From: Candidatus Omnitrophota bacterium
Lineage (GTDB): Bacteria > Omnitrophota > Gorgyraeia > Gorgyraeales > Gorgyraeaceae
Length of the DNA stretch: 64,000 nt
Reading direction: 5' to 3'
Assembly: GCA_042572045.1 (NCBI GenBank)
Contig: JBHPFI010000002.1
Span: forward strand, 92,245 to 156,244
A program made the translations under genes and the position numbers. The notes beneath the pieces were generated by a model. It ran no database searches and was not told where the DNA came from. It saw only the letters and a program-made list of their open reading frames with translations. Within the stretch, counting starts at the first letter, position 1. Every line of letters starts with the position of its first letter. Positions 38,236 through 45,871 of this stretch are shown piece by piece.

Positions 38236-38382
38236 AAAAATGCCTGACTTTTTAATCAGGCATTTTTATCGTAACTTCATTATATTTAATTAGTTACGAA
38301 ATATTGGCTCCCCGTATTGGACGAGTTTCGCAACTGGTTATATTCAAAAGAAACTAATAAATTCTCTCTGTCTCTTAAGTAA
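38236..38382 (-). repeat. island boundary 10: hairpin + core + short-variant arm
   Basis: Hairpin AAAAATGCCTGA/TCAGGCATTTTT. Core TGGCTCCCCG at 38305-38314. Arm reads WLPVLDEFRNWLYSKETNKFSLSLK*. Confidence 0.8.
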
Positions 38383-38388
38383 TGGCTT

Positions 38389-39030
38389 CTATATCCATTT
38401 AATGATAGGTTCTTTTTTGTTTGGTCGTATAATATCCAATGCACTGGAATCGCTTTTTGGATAACCAAGCACGACAGGTCCGAAGATTCGTTCATCATCT
38501 CTTAGTTCAAGGACTTGTTTGATATCAGCATCACCTGTCACCATCGCTCCAAAACCAACATAACAACTTCCCAAGCCAAAAGACGTTGCAGCAATCATAA
38601 TATTTTCACATGCAAGTGCACAACTTACATCAGACCCATTTGGACCTACGACAAAGATAATAACAGGTGCAAAATAATAAATCATGTCTTTGGGCTCATT
38701 CATCGCCTCATAAAGCCTCATTGCTTGCTCATACATTTCAGGCATAGTCTTTTTCATTCCTTCAACAAACTTTGACCTAATCGGTTCAGTGGTCTGAACG
38801 AGTTTTTTCTTAAACTCTGGGTCTTCTACAACAACAAACCGCCAGGGCTGAACAATATCTTCAGGCTTCTCATGCTTCTCCGACATAAAAGGCGCTTGAT
38901 TACCAGCCTTTATTATCGTTTTTATTATATCTTTTGGAATTGGTTTTGCCTCATAAGACCTGATAGAACGCCTGTTGTTTATGGCTTCAATTATTGAGCT
39001 TGTCATTGCTTTATTTTTTTCTGATAACAT
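38389..39030 (-). CDS. nitroreductase-family protein
   Basis: 213 aa. RRSIRSY FMN-binding N-terminus. Confidence 0.8.
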   Translation of the reverse strand: MLSEKNKAMTSSIIEAINNRRSIRSYEAKPIPKDIIKTIIKAGNQAPFMSEKHEKPEDIVQPWRFVVVEDPEFKKKLVQTTEPIRSKFVEGMKKTMPEMYEQAMRLYEAMNEPKDMIYYFAPVIIFVVGPNGSDVSCALACENIMIAATSFGLGSCYVGFGAMVTGDADIKQVLELRDDERIFGPVVLGYPKSDSSALDIIRPNKKEPIIKWI

Positions 39031-39052
39031 AAAACGTTACCTCCTTTGCAAT

Positions 39053-39102
39053 ATTTTACAACAAATAAAAACCCCTTGCAACTTATTTTATTGCAAGGGG
39101 TT
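39053..39102 (-). promoter_or_regulatory. tRNA-Asn terminator hairpin that also carries the -35 of the next promoter
   Basis: Minus strand reads AACCCCTTGCAA-TAAAATAAG-TTGCAAGGGGTT-TTTATTTGTTG-TAAAAT. That is TTGCAA (39076-39081) -N17- TAAAAT (39053-39058). Confidence 0.6.
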
Positions 39103-39110
39103 ATAAGTAG

Positions 39111-39186
39111 TGGCTCCCCGGGCAGGACTCGAACCTGCGACTTACTGGTTAACAGCCAGTCGCTCTACCAACTGAGCTACCGGGGA
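39111..39186 (-). tRNA. tRNA-Asn(GUU): tRNA-Asn (anticodon GUU), CCA encoded
   Basis: TCCCCGGTAGCTCAGTTGGTAGAGCGACTGGCTGTTAACCAGTAAGTCGCAGGTTCGAGTCCTGCCCGGGGAGCCA. Acceptor TCCCCGG/CCGGGGA, anticodon loop CTGTTAA, T-arm GCAGG-TTCGAGT-CCTGC. Confidence 0.9.
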
Positions 39187-39202
39187 AAGTTTGATTTATA
39201 TA

Positions 39203-40138
39203 TTACGCTACTTTACAACTGGCCTCACACAAACGCTCCAAGCGAGCCCAGTTTTCATCTATGTCTTTTTGAATTTCGTCAAGAATGTGCTTATTTTCTT
39301 CTTTGAAGAGATGTTTGAAACGACCTTGGGGTTTTAAAAATTCAACGACTGGTTTACGCTGTTTTGGTTTGTATGTAAATTTCCACTCTCCGTTTTCTAC
39401 TTCTATTAATGGCCAAAATCCTGTTTCTACTGCCAATTTTGAAATACTAATTGTATCTTCCTGCGGAAATCTCCATCCTCTATGGCACATTGCTATCACA
39501 TTCAAAAACGCAGGGCCATCTACCTTAAACGCCTTTTCCGCCTTTGTGACTAGATCATTCCAGCTGGAAGCAGAGGCCTGCGCTACATAAGGGATCCTAT
39601 GTGCTGCCACTATAGCAGTAAGGTCTTTTCTGAACTGCGCCTTGCCATGGCTTACCTTTCCTGCAGGTGCGGTTGTCGTCGATGCGCCTTTAGGCGTGGC
39701 TCCTGAACGTTGAATTCCCGTATTCATATAAGCTTCGTTGTTATAGCAGACATATACAAAATTATGGCCTCGCTCTAATGCGCCTGAAAGCGCCTGGATG
39801 CCAATATCATACGTGCCTCCGTCGCCTCCGAACGCCACGAATTTTATATCCTTTTTAATCTTTCCCTTTTTCTTTAAAGCACGGTAGGCTGTTTCTACGC
39901 CGCTTATTGTAGCAGCAACATTTTCAAATGCATTATGGATAAACGGCGTCTTCCAAGCAGTATATGGATAAATAGTTGTTGCGACTTCAAGACATCCTGT
40001 AGATGCGCCTACTACCACAGGGTCCTTTGTGCCCATTAAAACCTGGCGTACTATAATAGACGCGCCGCATCCTGCGCAAAGCCTGTGCCCGCCTGATAAA
40101 CGCTCTGGTTGCTTTGCTAATTCTTTTATACTGGCCAT
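39203..40138 (-). CDS. porB: pyruvate:ferredoxin oxidoreductase beta (TPP-binding) subunit
   Basis: 311 aa. CAGCG and GGDGG..DIG TPP motifs. Confidence 0.9.
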   Translation of the reverse strand: MASIKELAKQPERLSGGHRLCAGCGASIIVRQVLMGTKDPVVVGASTGCLEVATTIYPYTAWKTPFIHNAFENVAATISGVETAYRALKKKGKIKKDIKFVAFGGDGGTYDIGIQALSGALERGHNFVYVCYNNEAYMNTGIQRSGATPKGASTTTAPAGKVSHGKAQFRKDLTAIVAAHRIPYVAQASASSWNDLVTKAEKAFKVDGPAFLNVIAMCHRGWRFPQEDTISISKLAVETGFWPLIEVENGEWKFTYKPKQRKPVVEFLKPQGRFKHLFKEENKHILDEIQKDIDENWARLERLCEASCKVA

Positions 40139-41331
40139 TATTCCCTCGATCCTAAATAATTTAAACGGGTACTTATTTTATTGTTCTTTACTATGTCCTG
40201 TAAATCTGCGTAGACCTTGCTTATGTCTTTTGGAAAAACATCTCTCCCCCCAAGACCGTATATATAATTTACTGCAAGCGGTTTTATATCTGAATCATAT
40301 AATGCTGCCTTGATCTCGCTATAAAGAGGCCCGCCCTCTGCTGAAAAAGAATCGCTCCTATCAAGTACAGCAATCGCCTTTACTTTAGTCAGAGCATTTA
40401 TTATCTTTTTCTTAGGAAAAGGCCTGAAAAACCTGGGGCGTAAAAGTCCTACCTTTACTCCTTTTTGTCTCAACTCGTCCACTACAAACTTTACAGTGCC
40501 TGCTGTAGATGAAAGTGCGACTATCGCAACTTCAGCGTCCTCTAATCTATATGTCTCGATAAAATCGTATTTTGTTCCAAATGTCTTTTTGAATTCCTTT
40601 AATACTTCAGGGATCGCTGTCAAGGCATCCTTCATGGCCTCGGTCTGCTGGCGCTTGTGCTCAAAATAATAATCCTGAAGGTCAAGCGGCCCGTACGTCA
40701 CCGGGTGTTCAACATCTAACAGAGGATTTTCTATTCTGTATTCTCCGACAAAATCCTTTATCTTTTTATCCTCGAGGATGTCTATGCCTTCCACACCATG
40801 GCTTGTTATAAAACCGTCCTGACATACCATTACAGGTAGAAGTATTTTTTTGTGCTCCGCGATCCTTACCGCGAGTATTGTATTTTCATACACCTCTTGG
40901 GCATTTTCGCAGTAGATCTGTATCCAGCCTGAATCCCTCGCGCCCATTGTATCAGAATGGTCACAGTGAATATTTATCGGGCCTGAAAGAGCACGGTTTA
41001 CAACCGGCATTACAATAGGAAGGCGGGTTGAGGCAGCTATATAAATGATCTCCCACATAAGAGCAAGGCCGTTTGCTGATGTTGCAGTCATTGTTCGAGC
41101 GCCTGCTGCTGCCGCGCCCACGCACGCGCTCATCGCGCTGTGCTCTGATTCAACAGGGATAACCTCTGTCGAGACCTGGCCATTTGCCACATAGTTTGAA
41201 AAGCTCATTACGATCGCGGTCTGCGGAGTAATAGGATATGCCGCTACGACATCCGGCTCTATCTGCTTCATTGCATACGCAACTGCCTGGTCACCTGTCA
41301 GTGGAATCTTTTTAGTCTTAGCGCCTGCCAT
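40138..41331 (-). CDS. porA: pyruvate:ferredoxin oxidoreductase alpha subunit
   Basis: 397 aa, in the gamma-delta-alpha-beta operon order. Confidence 0.9.
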   Translation of the reverse strand: MAGAKTKKIPLTGDQAVAYAMKQIEPDVVAAYPITPQTAIVMSFSNYVANGQVSTEVIPVESEHSAMSACVGAAAAGARTMTATSANGLALMWEIIYIAASTRLPIVMPVVNRALSGPINIHCDHSDTMGARDSGWIQIYCENAQEVYENTILAVRIAEHKKILLPVMVCQDGFITSHGVEGIDILEDKKIKDFVGEYRIENPLLDVEHPVTYGPLDLQDYYFEHKRQQTEAMKDALTAIPEVLKEFKKTFGTKYDFIETYRLEDAEVAIVALSSTAGTVKFVVDELRQKGVKVGLLRPRFFRPFPKKKIINALTKVKAIAVLDRSDSFSAEGGPLYSEIKAALYDSDIKPLAVNYIYGLGGRDVFPKDISKVYADLQDIVKNNKISTRLNYLGSRE

Positions 41332-41334
41332 TTT

Positions 41335-41616
41335 TTATTCCTTCACCATATCTATGCACTTTACAGGACATATTGATGCGCATATACCGCAGCCTTTGCA
41401 GTGGTCATAATCAAAACCTGACATCTTTCCATCTTTTACCTTTATAGAAGAATCAGGGCAAAATATCCAGCACTGGAGGCAATTTATGCATTTTTTCTCG
41501 TTCTTCTCAGGCCTAAATGTACGCCAACTGCCTGTTTTATAGTTCTCGGCATTACCTGCCTCTACGATCTTTCCACCTATAGGAATCTCTTTCCAGTTCT
41601 TTTTCTTCTCTGCCAT
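41335..41616 (-). CDS. porD: pyruvate:ferredoxin oxidoreductase delta subunit (2x4Fe-4S)
   Basis: 93 aa. CINCLQCWIFCP and CKGCGICASICP. Confidence 0.9.
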   Translation of the reverse strand: MAEKKKNWKEIPIGGKIVEAGNAENYKTGSWRTFRPEKNEKKCINCLQCWIFCPDSSIKVKDGKMSGFDYDHCKGCGICASICPVKCIDMVKE

Positions 41617-41618
41617 AA

Positions 41619-42188
41619 CTAACCTATATTTACTTCGTTGTAAGCTCTTTTTATGCCCTCTAGATTAGCATTTGTCTTTTCTTCGCCAATCTTCTTTGAA
41701 AACTTTGCCTTTACCCTTTCAGAAAGCTGATCTATCGTAACAAGCGCATTTACCTTTAATAATGCCCCGAGCATAGGCATATTTGGCATAGGCAGCTTAA
41801 GCGTCTCAAGCGCAATCTTTGTAGCGTCAACCGTACCAACCTTGCCCTTTTTAAAATTTACTGCCTTTCGGATGTCTTCCGGAGATTTATCTGTGTTTAC
41901 CAAAAGTATACCATCATCACCCAGGCCTTCTGTAACATCAATAGCGCTGATAAGCGTAGGGTCTATTACCACTACTATCTCTGGATTTGTAACAGAAGAA
42001 TGTATATATATGGGCTTTTCGCTTATACGGTTAAAAGCCCTCATCGGAGCACCAGCCCTTTCAGGGCCATACTCAGGAAATGACTGTATGTATTTCCCTG
42101 TATCAAGGGTTGCCTCTCCTAAAAACTGAGAAGCTGTTTTTGCACCTTGCCCGCCTCTTCCATGCCATCTAACTTCTACCATTGCCAT
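41619..42188 (-). CDS. porG: pyruvate:ferredoxin oxidoreductase gamma subunit
   Basis: 189 aa. GRGGQG motif. Confidence 0.9.
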   Translation of the reverse strand: MAMVEVRWHGRGGQGAKTASQFLGEATLDTGKYIQSFPEYGPERAGAPMRAFNRISEKPIYIHSSVTNPEIVVVIDPTLISAIDVTEGLGDDGILLVNTDKSPEDIRKAVNFKKGKVGTVDATKIALETLKLPMPNMPMLGALLKVNALVTIDQLSERVKAKFSKKIGEEKTNANLEGIKRAYNEVNIG

Positions 42189-42246
42189 AAAAATTTCCTC
42201 TTCTGAATTAAAAATGTCTTACTATTTTATAATCTTGGACCTTATC

Positions 42247-42304
42247 TGTCAAGTTTTAAGAAGCGCTAACTTGACACTTTTGTCATTGACTGATTTGTCA
42301 AGTT
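42247..42304 (-). repeat. 37-bp nested TTGACA palindrome element, copy 2 (consensus) plus an extra half-site
   Basis: 42268-42304 reads AACTTGACACTTTTGTCATTGACTGATTTGTCAAGTT. An extra TGTCAAGTT sits at 42247-42255. The recR stop overlaps the last 2 nt, and the element is 80 nt upstream of the porG start. Confidence 0.85.
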
Positions 42305-42902
42305 ACATGGAGCTTCGGCCTTCAAGGGCCTTTATAAGGGTTGCCTGGTCTATATAATCTAAATTTTCCCCTACTGGTATGCCATACGCGATACGGCTTA
42401 TTTTAACATTAAATGGCTTGAGCTCTTTTGAAAGGTATAAAGCTGTTGTCTCTCCTTCAGCATTGGAATCAGTAGCAATTATCGCCTCTTTTACCTTATC
42501 CGCTTTAACGCGTGATATGAGCTCTTTTACTCTTAAGTCATCCGGGCCTATTCCGTCCAAAGGCGCTATTGCTCCAAAAAGCACATGATATGTGCCTTTA
42601 TAATGGCCTGATTTCTCTATCAAAATTAAATCCTTGGGTTCTTCTATCACGCATACAACAGTCTTGTCCCTCCTGGGGTCACTGCAAATCCTGCAAAATT
42701 CGGTTTCGCTTAGATTGCCGCATTTTTCGCAAAATCTTACTAGCTCCCTGAGGTTCTTTATGGCCAAAGAAAATTTCTCCATGTCTTTTTTAGGCGACTT
42801 TAACACATGAAATGCGAACCTCTCGGCAGTCTTTGCGCCTACCCCGGGCATCTTTTTAAAATGTTCTATTAATTCATGCATCGATTTCGTATATGCGCTC
42901 AT
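42303..42902 (-). CDS. recR: recombination protein RecR
   Basis: 199 aa. C4 zinc finger (CEKCG...CRIC) plus Toprim. Confidence 0.95.
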   Translation of the reverse strand: MSAYTKSMHELIEHFKKMPGVGAKTAERFAFHVLKSPKKDMEKFSLAIKNLRELVRFCEKCGNLSETEFCRICSDPRRDKTVVCVIEEPKDLILIEKSGHYKGTYHVLFGAIAPLDGIGPDDLRVKELISRVKADKVKEAIIATDSNAEGETTALYLSKELKPFNVKISRIAYGIPVGENLDYIDQATLIKALEGRSSM

Positions 42903-44591
42903 TTATGCGTTCCTTGGTTTATAACGCAGGATCTTTCCTCCGAATATATCAAGAGCAGCGTCAATTACGGGCTCTTGCTTTTTTAATTCTTCCTTACTAA
43001 TCGGGGTGGGTTCCTGTTTGGGTTTTTCTAATTTTCTGTCAGTAGCGATAAACTCTAACTTTACAGGCGTATCCATTATCTGTGAAAATACTTGTTGCAC
43101 AGAATCTTTATTATGTTTTTCCTCAAGCACCTCTCTGTGAAAATTCAACTCCCTTGCAAACGCAATAAAAGCAGTGTCCCCTTTGGTGAAATCAGGCTCT
43201 CCCTCTGCAAGATATGAAGATATAGACATTTTCTTAACAGCCATTGCCTTTACAAGAATAGGCCAGGCATCCTTTACCCTGTTTATGTCCACGGGGCCCT
43301 TTGATCCCAGAGAATCCCCTTTTTCCGGCTTTACGGCCTTTGCAACATGCTTAATGCCTTGTTGAAGTTTTTTTGCAATGGCCTGCTGCAGATGCACCCC
43401 AGGCATTGGCTTGGCTGGATCAGCGGCATGAGCGGACGGAGATTGTTGCGAGGCCTTTGTAAGCTCAGGCAGCTTTGAAATTATTTCCTCTATTGAAGAA
43501 ATAGAATCCCTGGAGGTAAGCTTTATAATGGAAAACTCCAGTACAATCCTTTCAGGGAGAAGCTGCTTTAGCATCTTAAGGCCATTCGAAAGTACATTCA
43601 CTACATAAAATACATCTCCCTGGGAAAGTCTTTCAGATTGTTTCCTTACGCGCTCTATCGACTCCGCAGGCAGATCTATCAAGTCTCCTGACGAAACCCC
43701 GATTTTTGCAATCATAATATTTCTGAAATGCTCCAGTATTTCAATCAGAAATTGCTTTGCATCCTTTCCTGAATTCAATATCTCATCTACTAAATAAATG
43801 GCGGCTTTCGTGTCTTTATTGATAATTAAATCAGTGCATTGAAAAACAGTCTCTTCGTCTATCATGCCAAGGGCTTCAGCAACATGCTTCAGCGAAACCT
43901 TGCCTTTAGAAAAAGAAGAGACCTGGTCAAGTATGCTTTCTGCATCCCGCATGCTGCCATCAGAGGCCTTTGCGATATATAGAAATACGTCTTCTTCTAT
44001 GTTAAGCTTTTCCTGTTTGGCTACTTCTTTGAGCTTCGAAACAATGTCTTTAATAAGTATGCGCCTGAAATCAAATCTCTGACAGCGGGAGAGTATGGTC
44101 GCAAGAAGTTTGTGCGACTCTGTAGTGGCAAATATAAACTTTACATGTCGAGGCGGCTCTTCCAGCGTCTTTAAAAGCGCGTTAAAGGCCTCGGTGGTAA
44201 GCATGTGTACTTCATCTATAATGTAAATCTTGTAGCGGCCTTTTGAAGGCGCGAATTTTACTGACTCGCGAAGATTGCGTATTTCATCTATACCGCGATT
44301 TGACGCGCCGTCTATCTCTATAACATCCATGCTCGAACCAACGCCTATCTCATAACAGGAACTGCACTTATTGCACGGCGTTGGCAAAGGCCCTTTTTCG
44401 CAGTTTAAGGCCTTACTCAATATGCGGGCAGTTGAAGTTTTTCCTATCCCGCGCGGTCCTGTAAATAAATAAGCATGGTGTACGCGGTTTAACGAAATGG
44501 CGTTTTTAAGCGTAGTGGTGATGTGTTCCTGGCCTATCACTTCGTCAAAATTCTGAGGACGATGTTTGCGTGCAAAAGGTAGATATGACAT
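42903..44591 (-). CDS. dnaX: DNA polymerase III subunit tau/gamma
   Basis: 562 aa. GPRGIGKTS, DEVHML, SRC motif and a zinc module CNKCSSC. Confidence 0.95.
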   Translation of the reverse strand: MSYLPFARKHRPQNFDEVIGQEHITTTLKNAISLNRVHHAYLFTGPRGIGKTSTARILSKALNCEKGPLPTPCNKCSSCYEIGVGSSMDVIEIDGASNRGIDEIRNLRESVKFAPSKGRYKIYIIDEVHMLTTEAFNALLKTLEEPPRHVKFIFATTESHKLLATILSRCQRFDFRRILIKDIVSKLKEVAKQEKLNIEEDVFLYIAKASDGSMRDAESILDQVSSFSKGKVSLKHVAEALGMIDEETVFQCTDLIINKDTKAAIYLVDEILNSGKDAKQFLIEILEHFRNIMIAKIGVSSGDLIDLPAESIERVRKQSERLSQGDVFYVVNVLSNGLKMLKQLLPERIVLEFSIIKLTSRDSISSIEEIISKLPELTKASQQSPSAHAADPAKPMPGVHLQQAIAKKLQQGIKHVAKAVKPEKGDSLGSKGPVDINRVKDAWPILVKAMAVKKMSISSYLAEGEPDFTKGDTAFIAFARELNFHREVLEEKHNKDSVQQVFSQIMDTPVKLEFIATDRKLEKPKQEPTPISKEELKKQEPVIDAALDIFGGKILRYKPRNA

Positions 44592-44690
44592 TAGTTTAAA
44601 AGTTTAAAGATTTGAAAGTTACGAACCACATTAAAATTAACGGCTAGCCCTATATGAGCTCAGGATCGTCACCCTGAGCCTGTCGAAGGG

Positions 44691-44710
44691 TGGCGGAGAG
44701 GCAGGGATTC
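44691..44710 (-). repeat. 20-nt duplicate of the tRNA-Ser(GCU) 3' end (distal att-like repeat)
   Basis: TGGCGGAGAGGCAGGGATTC is 20/20 identical to 45736-45755, in the same orientation. Confidence 0.85.
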
Positions 44711-45735
44711 TTGTATGCACGATTCCCTAACTTACCGTCGATAAATATGTTACGACATAAGCTTTTTATTGTCAAGGAATTAAGGATTCCACCTGTTTTC
44801 CTCTAGTTTGCTGTATTTTACTTTTAGTTTGTCTCAAATCTGTCACAAGAATTACGCTTTGGATGGGTACGATTTGGACACTGAATTTTATTTTAAATGG
44901 CTAATAGAGCACCTTCTCGTAATTACTCTTCAATTTTTCCTTTAAAAATAAATGCTATATTATGATAAAAGTGGGTGGATGTAATATGTTTATCGAAATA
45001 AGTAGGCACATACACTTGTTTCTTAAATTCTTTGTAATTTAAGCCATCGGTAATATTTTTCAATAAATTCATTACAGTATTTGGACTATTTAAATTTTCA
45101 GAATTCCCTCCAAATTCAGGCCAGTAAGATGCTTGAGTATCTTCAATAACATATATCCCTCCATTATTTAGCAATGGGAATAGCGTCTTAAAGGTAGTAA
45201 TAACATGTTCATTTATATGACTCCCATCATCAATTATAATGTCCAAGGAACCAATTTTATCAAATACATTCCTTAGAAATTTTTCATCGCTTTGATCGCC
45301 TCGGAATGTTTTTATGCGCTTTTCTTGCATAAAACTTTTATCATAAATATCTATCCCATAAATAATGCTATTTGAAAAATATCGCTTCCACATCCGCAAT
45401 GACCCGCCACCTTTATTTAATCTTTTACCTTCTCCAATACCGATTTCTAAAATATTTAATTTCTTTTTTCTTAAATGATGGAAATATTTCTGATAATATT
45501 GAATATAATTATGGTACTCGGGTCTTTTATCAGTCCTATATAGTACTGAGAGCTCATTTAAATTTCGAGAATATATTCGTGACAAAAGGTGAACGAATAA
45601 TTTTCTGATTGCTTCATATTGATTGTGTGAAAATACTTTTTTAAAAAATATGTAAATTAAATATATTTTATTTTTTAACATTTTACATTTTCGAAATATT
45701 TAAACTTTACTTATTGAACACCCTCTATGCAAGAC
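44711..45735 (-). mobile_element. about 1.0-kb single-gene insertion at tRNA-Ser(GCU)
   Basis: Bounded by the 20-bp direct repeat. It carries only the methyltransferase gene and no recombinase. Confidence 0.6.
44923..45681 (-). CDS. class I SAM-dependent methyltransferase
   Basis: 252 aa. ILEIGIGEG SAM loop, DIIIDDGSH and GGIYVIED. Confidence 0.75.
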   Translation of the reverse strand: MLKNKIYLIYIFFKKVFSHNQYEAIRKLFVHLLSRIYSRNLNELSVLYRTDKRPEYHNYIQYYQKYFHHLRKKKLNILEIGIGEGKRLNKGGGSLRMWKRYFSNSIIYGIDIYDKSFMQEKRIKTFRGDQSDEKFLRNVFDKIGSLDIIIDDGSHINEHVITTFKTLFPLLNNGGIYVIEDTQASYWPEFGGNSENLNSPNTVMNLLKNITDGLNYKEFKKQVYVPTYFDKHITSTHFYHNIAFIFKGKIEE

Positions 45736-45831
<96 letters not shown>

Positions 45832-45871
45832 TTTTTTTCTAAGAAAAAATTTATTCTGAGCAAGGCTCGAG

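Larger units (their letters stand above)
20890..39110 (-). mobile_element. tRNA-Asn-anchored accretion island of about 10 integrase-less cassettes
   Basis: Ten same-orientation copies of the tRNA-Asn 3' end (6-12 nt), most with an adjacent hairpin (none at 35995). Seven also carry a conserved arm. See the boundary features and findings. Confidence 0.7.

Noticed and set aside
38305-38345. The conserved arm might simply be a degenerate copy of the tRNA-Asn body, since GGAC, CGCAAC/GCGAC and TGGTTA line up loosely with the tRNA.
   Set aside because: Beyond the 10-nt core only about 15 of 31 positions can be matched, and only with gaps. No T-arm or anticodon stem can be drawn. The substitution pattern between copies follows codons of the plus strand. 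An ancient tRNA origin cannot be excluded.
20832-39110. Could the regularly recurring hairpins be a CRISPR array or integron attC sites?
   Set aside because: Spacing is irregular (0.6-6.8 kb) and the intervals contain whole genes. The hairpin sequences mostly differ from each other, so this is not CRISPR. The hairpins are perfect stems followed by T-runs, with no extrahelical bases and no RYYYAAC/GTTRRRY core sites, and no intI-like gene is present, so it is not a classical integron.
42978-42984. An exact E. coli-type slippery heptamer A AAA AAG, in frame, in dnaX.
   Set aside because: It lies only about 25 codons from the natural stop, so a frameshift there would not produce a meaningful gamma/tau distinction. 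It is probably a chance Lys-Lys codon pair.
44592-44690. Expected an SRP (4.5S) RNA upstream of dnaX, as in many bacteria.
   Set aside because: No conserved domain-IV motif (GGAA/AGCA symmetric loop) is recognisable. The GC-rich hairpin there belongs to the CCYTCGAC patch family instead.
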